From a virus (lineage: Duplodnaviria; Caudoviricetes): 64,000 bases of DNA. The notes beneath the pieces are model-generated. The model searched no databases, had not been told where the DNA came from, and saw only the letters and a program-made list of their open reading frames with translations. The position numbers and the translations under genes are program-made. The stretch's first letter is position 1; each line of letters starts with the position of its first letter. Positions 1-10,181 of this stretch are shown in pieces. The stretch lies in the IMG/VR virus record IMGVR_UViG_3300042291_001013. One strand, written 5' to 3'.

Positions 1-1167
1 TTGTGCCAGTCGATCTTTAAATGTGTCCAGAGCTTCGGGTGACGCAAACTGTGTGCGACCCTTGGCGTCTTTGATTAGACTGTTGCCCTTACGTGCAATT
101 AAATCAAAGAACATGTTCTTGGGCACTGTGACGCCTTGCTTGACTGTGTTGCCTGCTTGACGATGCAACTCAACCTTTTTGACTTCGCGGCTCTTGCTAC
201 CGGAACTGAAGTTGATTATAAAGTTAGGCGGATGCGAGCCTGTGGCCACATCGCCCATTTTGGTATAAGCATAGAATTTAACGTCAGGATTGGCCTTGGC
301 CACATCATATGCTAGGTCAAGGTATTCTTTACTAAAGAAGTCTCCTGCATCGTGCCAGCGCACCACAAGCTGAATACCAGCTTTATCTGTTTTGTTTTTG
401 AGTGCTGTGATTTCTTTGTTTACAGCGGCCATGTAGCCTTCAGGCTCATTTACCAGGAAGTTCAAGGCCTGTGCCGCGCTCATGCTAGACGCCGGGAACA
501 TTACATAACCGCCTTTACGTGCATAGCAGAACAACTGACATTCGCCTGCGCCCGGGCAGGTCTTTATTTCCACAAAGTCACCCGACTCTTCATCTACTAC
601 AATACCACTCAGTGCAGGCAGTGTTAGATCATAAATGATTTCACCTTCGGTCTTGCTCTTTTCCATTTTGGCATTGGTGCCTAGAATAGCTCGAGGACGT
701 GTGGTGATTTGCTTGGCTAGATCATCTAGATCCCACTCAGTGCCGCCATCGTCCTTGGTAATGGCTTTAATGTTTGAGCCGTGTATAATGGGTGCAAACT
801 TGTCACGCTTGGTCTTGGTGCCTGTTTTGATACGGTCAGCATAGCCTTGCAATTCATCTCGACTCAGTGTTTGTTGTGGTGCATTGAGCTTGATAGCTTC
901 CGCCACACCTTGCTCGTTTTTAACTACAAAACTTGTGTGCTGAAGACCAGTAAGGGGGTCCGTGTATGTGCGCTTGAACACCTTACCGCCATGCTCACGT
1001 GCATGAGCAAATGCTTCAGACTTGCTGTCAAACCTGTTTGAGGGAGGCTTAATCATGGGAGACGCTTGTTCATCTACTCCGCTTTGATCTACTGTGACAA
1101 CAGTAACAGGGAATCCTCCCAGGGTGCGCGGAGCTTCAGCTTGCTCCACAATGGTTTGTAACTTCAT
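1..1167 (-). CDS. Modular protein with C-terminal GP88-like (radical-SAM-like) domain; truncated by the window edge and missing from the ORF track
   Basis: Manual translation from ATG 1167: MKLQTIVEQAE...EQGVAEAIKL...TCPGAGECQLFCYARKG...VVRWHDAGDFFSKEY...FYAYTK. The reading frame stays open to base 1, and its ATG overlaps the upstream TGA (ATGA). Confidence 0.8.
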   Translation of the reverse strand, partial: MKLQTIVEQAEAPRTLGGFPVTVVTVDQSGVDEQASPMIKPPSNRFDSKSEAFAHAREHGGKVFKRTYTDPLTGLQHTSFVVKNEQGVAEAIKLNAPQQTLSRDELQGYADRIKTGTKTKRDKFAPIIHGSNIKAITKDDGGTEWDLDDLAKQITTRPRAILGTNAKMEKSKTEGEIIYDLTLPALSGIVVDEESGDFVEIKTCPGAGECQLFCYARKGGYVMFPASSMSAAQALNFLVNEPEGYMAAVNKEITALKNKTDKAGIQLVVRWHDAGDFFSKEYLDLAYDVAKANPDVKFYAYTKMGDVATGSHPPNFIINFSSGSKSREVKKVELHRQAGNTVKQGVTVPKNMFFDLIARKGNSLIKDAKGRTQFASPEALDTFKDRLAQ

Positions 1168-3815
1168 TTTGCTTCTCCAAATATAGGCCCACGCACAAAT
1201 TGGCCCAGTTGATTTAATATACCATTACGCAGGTTTTCAATCATTTCATCTGTGATATCTCTACGGCGTGTTTGCGCAATAAAGATATGCATTTCAATGG
1301 CGTCATCGCCTTCTTTTTCCAGTATAGCATGGCAACGATGACGTCCGTCATGTCCTTTTACTCGGGCTTCTAGACTAAAGTCACCCTGCTCCCAGGATTC
1401 GGGTACAGACACATTCAAAAATGGTGCGCCAATGCCGCGCTCATTGAGTTCGCCTTTGCAAAACGCAATTGCCTTGCGCTCTTCAGGATCATGTGGGTCC
1501 ATGGGCAGGGCCAGCTTTAGAAACATCGACGGGCGCATTTGTACCTGTAGGCCAAAGTAATCAACGTCAGCATTGTAGGGCACAGCACCCACACCTGAAG
1601 AGTTGTTGATACGTACTTCGTCTAGGCTTTCATTTTTTCTTTTGGCTCGGGCACGACCTGATTTCATGTTGGCCAACCAGTGTGCCAGTTGTCCTTTGCG
1701 CCCGCCTGATTTGGCAGTTTTGCGTAAGCTACTTACACTTGCTTTGGTATTGATACCGTGTCGCTTGGCATCGCCCTTGTCTTGTGGATTACGCCCGTCG
1801 GCAAAGTTTTCTGATACACCTTGCTTGTCAGCCCAGAGCAAGCGTCCTTCTTCTTGCGCTATACGATGTATGTTGGTTCCCAATTTGGTGGGCTGTATGT
1901 CATAGTTGTCGAACTGTGCTGAAAGTTTTTGAAGTATTCTTACAGCACCAAGATATTGATCGCCCACAAGATCATCAGGCACAACTACCAGGATATCAGT
2001 GTCGCTGTTTCTACGATGTTTTCCTGTAGCGCGACTACCATGGAACCATATTTCTTGTGCCACAGGCATGACTTTTTGTATGGCATCAACCACTTCTGGC
2101 CGTACAGAACCTGGTCGAGCTTCGTCTACGTTGTATGTGGGATCAGTCTTTTGACGCGGCATGTCTGGGGGCTGATTGGGATCAACAGGGTCAATGTCTG
2201 TTGTAGTAAGCCCAGTGCGTTTCAGCGCCTGTATGTACTGATGTTCAAGATCTTCGTCACCAAAGCTCAGTATGGCGCTGGGAGGTCCGGCACCAAAGTC
2301 ATGCTTGCCTAGGCCTTTCATGTTGGAAATATGTTGTCCCAGCTTGTACCAGTCGTAGACATCGCTTACATCTACCTTGACAGTGCCTGCAGGCATAGTG
2401 GGCGGAGTTTCTGGGCCCAAGGGTGCATTTAAATCCCTATTGTTGTTGGGACCTTTACTGGGCTGGGGCAAGCGGTATTCTACCATGTCAACTCGGCCGT
2501 CAGCACGTAGCATTTGTGGGCGACCTTGTGCATCAGTTTTTAGACTCATGCGGTTGGCATTTAATCCTGTGGCGCCGGGACGTACATCCTGTGTTAGAGC
2601 CATTTCAAATCTGGGATCATTCTTTTCGGCTTCAGTGGGAATATAACCTGAGCTTTCAAACATAGCAGGGTTGCGATCAGCCCAGTCACGCATGATCACA
2701 CCGGCCACAGCATGTGCTTGGTTTTCCCAGTCACTGCCGGTGTCGCCTGCTTCGTCAGGCAACTCACTATCTTGATTTTGTCTACAATGTGCCAGCTCGT
2801 GTGCAGTGGTGCGCAAGATATCCATGACATGGCGGTTAACCAGGCTCACTTCTAGTGTGTGCGTTTCAGGCGTGTAGCGTCCAAAGCTGTGGCTTTGGGA
2901 ACTCCACTCAGGGTCAGTGTGCAGTTCAATCTGTGGTATTTGTGTTATGCCCAAGCGATCTGCCGCATAGTCAATAAAGTCACGCACCACAGCTTCAGTG
3001 TCCCGGGGCTCGTCTTCTAGGAACATCTTGGTTGAAGGATCCACACCGTCTGGACTTTCTGACATGAAGCCGTAGATTACCGGCGCCATTGGGGTGTTCT
3101 TTTCTGCTAGGCTAAGTTCCTTGGCATGTGCGGCATTGCGAGCGTCAATTAACTGTTTGATAGCACCATGTGCTCGCAACATCTTGAACACCAAGTTGTC
3201 GCAGCCAAATTCGCCCTGCTGTTCCAGGCCAGTTTGGCGCATGGTTTTGATTTTTTGTTGTAGACTACGCATACGATCACTATCGTCACTGGCCACAGCA
3301 GATTCTATACGTGCTTTTAGATCTTGATACTTGGCTTGTACACAGCTATCGTCAATGGTGACTTGTCTGCGTCGAGGAACCTGTATCCAGGCATTGCGCA
3401 ACAAACTGTAAATGCCTTGACTGTGATGTTCTTGATCAGAAGGCTGTGCATACAGTTCTACATCAGCGCCGCCAATGCGTATGTTGTGTTGTTCGTTGTA
3501 CTGATATTTTTTAGCATTAAACAGCTCACGATACACTTCGTCATGAACAACATTGGGTATTTCCACCACAATGTGCAGATCAATGTCAGATCCGTCAGTG
3601 TAGTTGTAGGCCGCGTTAGATCCGCTTACCGTGATGTCTTTGACATCAAGATCGGGTACGCCCAAGAATTCTTGAAAGTCTCGGGCCACCTGTAACAGGC
3701 GTTCTTTTACCTGGGGATGCAGATGTTCTGCACTGTCCCATAACCGAGGGTTGAGTCGGTCATGGAATTTTACAGCATCTGCCAGGTTGAATGATTCCAG
3801 TTCAAATATGTTCAT
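1164..3815 (-). CDS. Polyvalent modular protein: pol-beta-type nucleotidyltransferase, HExxH zincin, second minimal nucleotidyltransferase, ParB-like C-terminus
   Basis: Motifs VSGSNAAYNYTDGSDIDLH, AHELAHCRQ, WFHGSRATGKHRRNSDTDILVV and GHDGRHR; TAAATA box 8 nt upstream of ATG. Confidence 0.75.
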   Translation of the reverse strand: MNIFELESFNLADAVKFHDRLNPRLWDSAEHLHPQVKERLLQVARDFQEFLGVPDLDVKDITVSGSNAAYNYTDGSDIDLHIVVEIPNVVHDEVYRELFNAKKYQYNEQHNIRIGGADVELYAQPSDQEHHSQGIYSLLRNAWIQVPRRRQVTIDDSCVQAKYQDLKARIESAVASDDSDRMRSLQQKIKTMRQTGLEQQGEFGCDNLVFKMLRAHGAIKQLIDARNAAHAKELSLAEKNTPMAPVIYGFMSESPDGVDPSTKMFLEDEPRDTEAVVRDFIDYAADRLGITQIPQIELHTDPEWSSQSHSFGRYTPETHTLEVSLVNRHVMDILRTTAHELAHCRQNQDSELPDEAGDTGSDWENQAHAVAGVIMRDWADRNPAMFESSGYIPTEAEKNDPRFEMALTQDVRPGATGLNANRMSLKTDAQGRPQMLRADGRVDMVEYRLPQPSKGPNNNRDLNAPLGPETPPTMPAGTVKVDVSDVYDWYKLGQHISNMKGLGKHDFGAGPPSAILSFGDEDLEHQYIQALKRTGLTTTDIDPVDPNQPPDMPRQKTDPTYNVDEARPGSVRPEVVDAIQKVMPVAQEIWFHGSRATGKHRRNSDTDILVVVPDDLVGDQYLGAVRILQKLSAQFDNYDIQPTKLGTNIHRIAQEEGRLLWADKQGVSENFADGRNPQDKGDAKRHGINTKASVSSLRKTAKSGGRKGQLAHWLANMKSGRARAKRKNESLDEVRINNSSGVGAVPYNADVDYFGLQVQMRPSMFLKLALPMDPHDPEERKAIAFCKGELNERGIGAPFLNVSVPESWEQGDFSLEARVKGHDGRHRCHAILEKEGDDAIEMHIFIAQTRRRDITDEMIENLRNGILNQLGQFVRGPIFGEAK

Positions 3816-3836
3816 TGAACTGTTATTTACCGCAGT

Positions 3837-4808
3837 TTAGGGTGTAGTGGGTTCTGAACTATTGGTGGCCACAATTTCAGCCACGGGTTCAGCTTCCAGC
3901 ACATGTGTAGGTACTTCGTGTCCACCCTGTGGATTCATTGTGATAGTACCGTCAGCATGTGGTGTAACAGCGGCTCGTGCAGTAGAAGGCGCAGGTACTT
4001 GTACCACGTCTGTGCTGATCACCGGGCTGGTCATGGCATTGAGGTCAATCTTGAGTTTTTCCTGTGCGGCCCAGTCAAACACATAAGTGCCCACGTGACG
4101 TAGTAACACACGCTTGTCAACCCAGACCTGCCCACCAAGATCACGCCAGTTTTCACAGAATGTCCAGTCTTCACTGTAGTAGCGGCCTTCGCGTACTGCT
4201 GTGTCAAAGTAGGTTTTCATGTAAGGGTCCAACTCAGGTGGCAAGCCAATGTCGTTTTTAAACGGCTTGGTGGCAGGGTGTGCATTGAGCTTTTCAAACA
4301 CATCACGCTTGATCAACAAAAAGCCTGTGCCGGTCTTGGTAACTTCAATGTGATTTTCTTCCGGAGCAGGTTCAGGAGTTCCAGGAATACCATTAACACA
4401 CCATTTGATAGGCATGCTCTTCATGGGGTACAATCCGCCAATAATGTCTTTTTGTGCATCCAACATCACCAACAGGTGCCAGGGTTCCCAGCCAATGTCA
4501 GCGTCAACAAACATCAAGTGTGTGGACTCTTTGGTGTGCAAGAACTTGGCTGTGAGCGTGTTTCTAGCACGGCTAATCAAGCTCTCGTTGGTCATGGTTT
4601 CCACGGTCCAGTCAAGGTTCAATTGACGTGCCATGTTGGCCCATTTGATATAGCTCATGAAGGTTTGTTCAGTAAGCTGACCACCATAACATGGCATACA
4701 GATATGCACTCGGGTGGTACGCAAATAGTCCAAGTTTACTTGAATGTTTTGCTGTTGTGTAGCAGTGGGGTCACTGGGTGGTGTAATAGTAGGTTGGGCG
4801 TCAGCCAT
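3837..4808 (-). CDS. GT-A fold glycosyltransferase
   Basis: CMPCYGG, SLISRARN, FVDADIGW (DxD) and YSEDWTFC motifs. Start placed at MADAQP behind a GGAG RBS. Confidence 0.8.
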   Translation of the reverse strand: MADAQPTITPPSDPTATQQQNIQVNLDYLRTTRVHICMPCYGGQLTEQTFMSYIKWANMARQLNLDWTVETMTNESLISRARNTLTAKFLHTKESTHLMFVDADIGWEPWHLLVMLDAQKDIIGGLYPMKSMPIKWCVNGIPGTPEPAPEENHIEVTKTGTGFLLIKRDVFEKLNAHPATKPFKNDIGLPPELDPYMKTYFDTAVREGRYYSEDWTFCENWRDLGGQVWVDKRVLLRHVGTYVFDWAAQEKLKIDLNAMTSPVISTDVVQVPAPSTARAAVTPHADGTITMNPQGGHEVPTHVLEAEPVAEIVATNSSEPTTP

Positions 4809-4859
4809 GTTATCTCCGTTAAAAGTGTGCAGATATTTAATGCAGTACACCCGGTACTA

Positions 4860-5516
4860 TTAAATTCTGTACCATGTAGTATACACTATTTCACGGGCAC
4901 GTTGCAACCTAGCGTTGTCATTTGTAGTTTCTTGATCTGTGGCCAACTCACGCACAGCACGTTGATAAATGTCAAGATCACCCGATTCGGGTTCAAACAC
5001 ACAACTGCGACGATACTGGTCAAATGCTTGTTCGGCCCCAGCATTAAACAAAAGATTCAAAGTGGTCAGTTCTTTCAAACGTGAAAGAAATTGCTCGGGC
5101 TCTTGCCAAATATCACACCATTCTAGATTGAATTGTACGCCTCGACGAATCCAACCTGCATACTGTGCGGCAATTTGGTAACGAACCCCCTGGTCTTCAG
5201 AACGACCTGTTTTCTTTTGTAGATTCAAAAAGAAGTTGAACCAGGCACGATCTGATCCCAGAACAATTTCACAATCGTGCCAGGTAATGCTGTGTTCGCG
5301 ACGTTGAAAATAATTTTGATATTTTATTTCTGAATTTGAATTAACAATTGATTCTATTACTGGAAAATCAAAATTGTCAACATCCCCGCTAATGGATTGA
5401 TTATGTAGCGAGCACCAGGTCAAATAATTCAACCAAGCGCCACCACTGCCCATGGGATACCATAATTTAGGCAATTGCTGTAACTGTGTCCAGGAACCGT
5501 TGACGATCAAGGTCAT
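4860..5516 (-). CDS. Hypothetical protein, possibly divergent sulfotransferase/P-loop-like fold
   Basis: N-terminal YPMGSGGAWLNYL loop resembles that of 28511..29212; the fold call is inference. Confidence 0.4.
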   Translation of the reverse strand: MTLIVNGSWTQLQQLPKLWYPMGSGGAWLNYLTWCSLHNQSISGDVDNFDFPVIESIVNSNSEIKYQNYFQRREHSITWHDCEIVLGSDRAWFNFFLNLQKKTGRSEDQGVRYQIAAQYAGWIRRGVQFNLEWCDIWQEPEQFLSRLKELTTLNLLFNAGAEQAFDQYRRSCVFEPESGDLDIYQRAVRELATDQETTNDNARLQRAREIVYTTWYRI

Positions 5517-6242
5517 TTAAACCCCGCCACGTTCTTCTAGGTAGTCCTGTACAGGCTGATTTTCTCGGGCCTGATAACTGGCTTTCATTCCACCCACTGA
5601 CATCTGTCCCAGTGTTTCGTTTGTGAATGAAGCGGCCCAGCCTTGGTTTTCCGCCACAGTACCAATGGCAGTGTCCAGCATTTTTACAATGTTTGCGGCC
5701 AAGGCCGGATTTGACTGCGTGGCAGGATACAAACTCATGACCAAGGCAGTTTTGCGCTTTTCATTAAGCTGTGGCCATGCATTACGAATTTCTGTGGCTG
5801 ACGTCATGCCTGGACCAAACTCCACTGTGGGCAAGTAGGCCATGTAAGCATGCTGACCAAATGGCGCAATGTTTGTTTCACCTGCCAAGGGCTGTAGGTA
5901 TGCTGGGCTACCATCTTTTTTGATGCCACCGGGTTGTGGAGGTTTGTTGGCGTCTTTTTCTGAACGCACAAATATCAATCGATCTTTTTCAGGATCAAAT
6001 TGACTGGTAATTTCTTCAGCTCTAAATGGTGATTTGACCTGCACAAAATGTCCGGGCTCGACACCAGCTAATTTTGCCAGCTTTTCTTTTACAGCAAAGG
6101 GAAATGGTCTACTGGAGGTATCGTTTGTTGCGGCCACAAACACCTTGGCGCCGGGAAATGCTTTACGGGCAGAATTATACAGTGCAAGATGTCCTGCGTG
6201 AAACGGGTGAAATCCCCCGGGCATGATAACAATGGTACTCAT
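5517..6242 (-). CDS. HxGH nucleotidyltransferase (cytidylyltransferase/NadD/CoaD superfamily)
   Basis: PGGFHPFHAGH and MTSATEIR motifs; TAAATA box 6 nt upstream. Confidence 0.85.
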   Translation of the reverse strand: MSTIVIMPGGFHPFHAGHLALYNSARKAFPGAKVFVAATNDTSSRPFPFAVKEKLAKLAGVEPGHFVQVKSPFRAEEITSQFDPEKDRLIFVRSEKDANKPPQPGGIKKDGSPAYLQPLAGETNIAPFGQHAYMAYLPTVEFGPGMTSATEIRNAWPQLNEKRKTALVMSLYPATQSNPALAANIVKMLDTAIGTVAENQGWAASFTNETLGQMSVGGMKASYQARENQPVQDYLEERGGV

Positions 6243-6257
6243 AATGAGTATTTAGCG

Positions 6258-6701
6258 TTACATGTGCTCCAAGAGCCAGAGATAGATAGGGGTAGAAAAT
6301 GTCAGTATAACTGTGCCGTTACAGCCCATGGTTCCGTAACAGCGTTCAGTAACTGAGTCACCGGTACCGTTGAAATTGTGCTGATACTGTGCTAGAGTTT
6401 GAAATACCTGCGTTACGTCAATGTCGTCAAATTCCACAGCGTCTATTCGTAAACAACTGTCGTATTCAAATCGGCCGTCTGCGTCAAGATGCGCATGGCT
6501 GTCATTTTTGCCATACAGTTCAATTTCCAGCCGGTGTTCGCCGTCTTGATCCGGCATAAACTGATGCAACACTGTTCTTGCTGTGACTGCATCAGTTCTG
6601 TAGAGTTCGTTGCCGTTCAAGCGAATGCACACGCCCAAGGGGCGATCAGGATCTGTGGGCTCAATGGCCAGGGCCAGAGCAATGGTATTTGCGTCAGTCA
6701 T
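6258..6701 (-). CDS. Hypothetical protein
   Basis: Clean ORF translationally coupled to its neighbours. Confidence 0.6.
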   Translation of the reverse strand: MTDANTIALALAIEPTDPDRPLGVCIRLNGNELYRTDAVTARTVLHQFMPDQDGEHRLEIELYGKNDSHAHLDADGRFEYDSCLRIDAVEFDDIDVTQVFQTLAQYQHNFNGTGDSVTERCYGTMGCNGTVILTFSTPIYLWLLEHM

Positions 6702-7063
6702 TAGTAAGTAATAGTAACAGTGTTAATAGTGCCGCCACTAAAGCCTTCAACTCGCACACGCATCCATGTGAAGTTGCCCAGCACAGTTTCGGGATGATAG
6801 TCTGTGAGTGGTATGGTACTGCCATCGCCATACACAAAAGTGGGGAACCAAGTGGCTTGGCCAGGATCTTGATCCAGAGTTGCTTCTAGAGTCATGTCAC
6901 CTTCAAATCCTGTCACAGTAAACAGCACAGTTTGTGTGCTGCCTTGCCCACGATAGTAGGCAGCAGCCTTGACCGCATCACTGATCCAGTCTTGACTGCT
7001 TCCGTCATAGTTGCCGGAAGGCGTACCATAAACAGTGGTATCAAGAATGGTTTGAGTGGTCAT
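6701..7063 (-). CDS. Hypothetical beta-rich, probably virion structural protein
   Basis: Thr/Gly/Asp-rich ORF in a late operon. Confidence 0.55.
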   Translation of the reverse strand: MTTQTILDTTVYGTPSGNYDGSSQDWISDAVKAAAYYRGQGSTQTVLFTVTGFEGDMTLEATLDQDPGQATWFPTFVYGDGSTIPLTDYHPETVLGNFTWMRVRVEGFSGGTINTVTITY

Positions 7064-7227
7064 TATGCTCGTTCTGCTTCTACAACAACACCGGCACCGG
7101 CCAGTTCTTCAGCCACTGATTGCAGAGCCGCAACAATGTCATCGGTAGCAACTGCTTTGACAGCGTCGTTATCTTTGATCAATTTTGAGAGTTTGATCAC
7201 AACTACTTCTTCGTGTATTTTTGCCAT
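7063..7227 (-). CDS. Small hypothetical protein (54 aa), not in ORF track
   Basis: MAKIHEEVVVIKLSKLIKDNDAVKAVATDDIVAALQSVAEELAGAGVVVEAERA; TAAATA box 7 nt upstream; its TAA overlaps the next ATG. Confidence 0.7.
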   Translation of the reverse strand: MAKIHEEVVVIKLSKLIKDNDAVKAVATDDIVAALQSVAEELAGAGVVVEAERA

Positions 7228-7237
7228 AGTGTATTAT

Positions 7238-7876
7238 TTATTGCTTTTGAATAATGGGCATGGTCTTTCTCACCGTCCCGGGCACAGCTATGTGCAACAG
7301 CATGGCGTCTTTTTCGTCATGATGATCCACAAAGAATGATCTAGTGATGTAGGACTGACGGATCAGGCGCCCTTGCCAATGTTTAGTTAGTTTAAACTGC
7401 TGGGGTCTACTGAGTAGGAATTGACTCAAAATCCTCAGTTGATCTTTGGTATAGTGTTTTTCCCGAAAGTAAGTGCGCCATTGATAACTGCTGTCTTTTA
7501 GTAGCACAACATCTCTAGGAAGATCTACCACGGCCTGTTGAAAGTAGCAGTGACTGACCCCGGGAAAACGCTGTAGGATTTCAAAAAAGCCAGGATCGTT
7601 GGTGTAAAAATACTGCCAGTCAGTGTACACCATGCGCTTGTAAGGTACTTCAATGCTGAGAATAGTGTCACACAGTTCCAGCATGGATTCTATAGGCTTG
7701 ATGATTTTCTGTCGATACAGTGAAGCAAAAGCCACAGATTCCTGTATGGACTTGTGCGTGAGTGTTCGCATGCGCCCAGATCCTTCAAATCTAAAGCACA
7801 TGGAATACTCGTACTGATCAAAAAACAGTCTATCTTTACTGACTTGTTTATACATCTGGGAACCTAATAATACCAT
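7238..7876 (-). CDS. Hypothetical protein
   Basis: ORF downstream of clpA. Confidence 0.6.
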   Translation of the reverse strand: MVLLGSQMYKQVSKDRLFFDQYEYSMCFRFEGSGRMRTLTHKSIQESVAFASLYRQKIIKPIESMLELCDTILSIEVPYKRMVYTDWQYFYTNDPGFFEILQRFPGVSHCYFQQAVVDLPRDVVLLKDSSYQWRTYFREKHYTKDQLRILSQFLLSRPQQFKLTKHWQGRLIRQSYITRSFFVDHHDEKDAMLLHIAVPGTVRKTMPIIQKQ

Positions 7877-10133
7877 CGTCAGCTACCACGGGCACCACAT
7901 GTGTGACCACGTCAAACACCACATTGTCATCAACCAAGTTGGCAGTGATGTCACAGTCTGTCAAGCGATCAAACAGGATCCGCTTGCTCAGTGGCACACG
8001 AAGCAACTCATCAATCTTGCGACTCAAGGGTCGAGCGCCCATCTTGGGATCATAGCCCTTGTCGGCCAGCATGTCAACCACGGGCTCACTCAGGTTGAGT
8101 TGTATGTTCTTTGTGGCCAAACTGGTCTTGAGTTCGTCCACAAACTTGACCACAACTTTCTTGATGGCCAAGGTATCCAACTTGGAGAATTTGACAATTT
8201 GATCAATGCGGTTGCGCAGTTCAGGTTTAAAGAACTCCTTGACTGCTTTGTCGTCTTCGCCAGTTTTCTCAAAGCTACCAAAGCCAATGTTGTTGGCTTC
8301 ACTATCACGTGCGCCCAGGTTCGACGTCATGATGATAATACAGTTCTTGCAGTTGGCTTTTTTGCCATTGGTGCTGGTCAACACACCTTCGTCCAGCATC
8401 TGTAGCAGGATGTTTGTGACATCAGGGTGTGCTTTTTCAATCTCATCAAACAAGATAATTGAAAAAGGATTCTTGGTAAGATCAGAGATTAGTTTACCAC
8501 CACCCACATTGCCATCTTCAAAGCCCACGTAGCCTGGGGGAGCACCAATAAGCCCGCTGACACTATGCCGTTCTTGATACTCACTCATGTCATATTTCAG
8601 CAGTTTCATGTCCAAGTTGTTGGCCAGCAATCTAGCAAGTTCAGTTTTACCTGTGCCTGTTGGCCCTAGGAACAAGAATGACGCCATGGGTCGTGTGGCA
8701 TTGGCAATGCCGGCAAAGTTGATATACACACGTTCCAGCACTGAATCCACTGCGCCATCCTGTCCATACAACTTTTGCTTGATGTTGCTTTCTAGTTCCA
8801 CAATCTTGGTTGATCGTTCGTTTTGCAGTTTGTCTGCAGGAACACCTGTCACACGAGCTAACTGAGCTTCAATCAAGGCCCGAGTAATGTTTGCTGTGCC
8901 AGAGTCTTTCACACGCTCACGTGCGCAGGCCGCATCAATCAAGTCAATGCTTTTGTCAGGATTCTTTTTGTCGTGAATATATCGATTCGCCAGTTCCACC
9001 GCTGAGGTAATCGCTTCTGTTTCAATAAGAACATTGTGGAATTGCTCAAGCCTAGGTGACAATCCAATGAGGATTTGTTCTGTGGTGCCAGCATCTGGCT
9101 CATCGATCGACAAGCGATAGAAGCGACGCATAAGTGCGCGATCTTTCTCAAATGACTCATAGTATTCTTCCCAGGTGGTTGATGCTACAACTTTTAAACT
9201 GCCCTTGGTAATAGCAGGCTTGATCATGTTGGCAAGATCCAGGCTGCTGGAACTGTTAGAGCCGGCGCCTTTCATGGTATGTGCTTCGTCAATAAACAAA
9301 ATGCACTTTTTCTTTGTTTCCAGGGCCAGCATCACTGCCTTGAACTTTTCTTCAAACTCGCCGCGATACTTAGATCCGGCCAGCAAGCTACCAACTTCCA
9401 GGCTCCATACTTCATGATCCTTCAAGAACTCAGGCACACGCCCTGCCGCAACTTCCTGTGCCAGGCCTTCCACAATGCAGGTTTTGCCCACACCAGGATC
9501 GCCTACCATGAGCACGTTGGCCTTGAATTTGCGAGCCAGCACAGTGATCATTTCTTCCAGTTCCTTGTTGCGCCCAATCATGGGCTCAAGTTGATTTTTC
9601 AGGGCCAACTTGCTGAGATTCACACAGTACTCAGTTAAAACTTCATCAGCTTGACTAGCGTTCATACGTTCCTCCAGTTTGGCCGCATAATGCTTTTGCC
9701 AAAAGTCCACAAATTCTTGTTTTTTTACACCGTACTTGAGAAAGAAGTAGTGTGCATGACTGTTGGTTTCAGCCATGAGACTCAAGTAAAGATCAATTGT
9801 GGTCATTGATCTGCGCCCAGTAAACATTACCTGTACATTGGCACGGTTGAATAGCCGTTCCAGTGTTTGTGTTTTCTTGGGATGCTGGTCCGGAGTCTTG
9901 GACACCAAGCTGGTCAGACTGTTGAGATAGTCGGTGAGTTCAGTATCAAACTGATCAACTTCTACACCAAATGCATCCAGGCATTTTCTAAACGGTGCAT
10001 ACCGCAAAAGAGCCAGTGTCAGATGTTCACTAGTAACATACTCATGATTGGCATGTCGAGCCAGGTTCACAGCATTTTCAATAATGTGTTCAATTTCAGG
10101 ATTGTTTTGCATAGAGTCCTTGTGTAATGTCAT
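7848..10133 (-). CDS. clpA: ClpA-type Hsp100 AAA+ ATPase
   Basis: Clp N-domain, Walker A motifs GDPGVGKT and GPTGTGKT, KYRGEFEE, FIDEAH, DMSEY, LFDEIEKAH, IGF loop, GARPL; no ClpB coiled-coil middle domain. Confidence 0.95.
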   Translation of the reverse strand: MTLHKDSMQNNPEIEHIIENAVNLARHANHEYVTSEHLTLALLRYAPFRKCLDAFGVEVDQFDTELTDYLNSLTSLVSKTPDQHPKKTQTLERLFNRANVQVMFTGRRSMTTIDLYLSLMAETNSHAHYFFLKYGVKKQEFVDFWQKHYAAKLEERMNASQADEVLTEYCVNLSKLALKNQLEPMIGRNKELEEMITVLARKFKANVLMVGDPGVGKTCIVEGLAQEVAAGRVPEFLKDHEVWSLEVGSLLAGSKYRGEFEEKFKAVMLALETKKKCILFIDEAHTMKGAGSNSSSSLDLANMIKPAITKGSLKVVASTTWEEYYESFEKDRALMRRFYRLSIDEPDAGTTEQILIGLSPRLEQFHNVLIETEAITSAVELANRYIHDKKNPDKSIDLIDAACARERVKDSGTANITRALIEAQLARVTGVPADKLQNERSTKIVELESNIKQKLYGQDGAVDSVLERVYINFAGIANATRPMASFLFLGPTGTGKTELARLLANNLDMKLLKYDMSEYQERHSVSGLIGAPPGYVGFEDGNVGGGKLISDLTKNPFSIILFDEIEKAHPDVTNILLQMLDEGVLTSTNGKKANCKNCIIIMTSNLGARDSEANNIGFGSFEKTGEDDKAVKEFFKPELRNRIDQIVKFSKLDTLAIKKVVVKFVDELKTSLATKNIQLNLSEPVVDMLADKGYDPKMGARPLSRKIDELLRVPLSKRILFDRLTDCDITANLVDDNVVFDVVTHVVPVVADDGIIRFPDV

Positions 10134-10181
10134 ACGCTATTATACTACTTACACCAAAAAACCACAACCATTACGGATAGG

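Noticed and set aside
4278-5084. 268-aa plus-strand ORF
   Set aside because: It lies antisense to a motif-bearing glycosyltransferase and its neighbour, and has no recognisable motifs.
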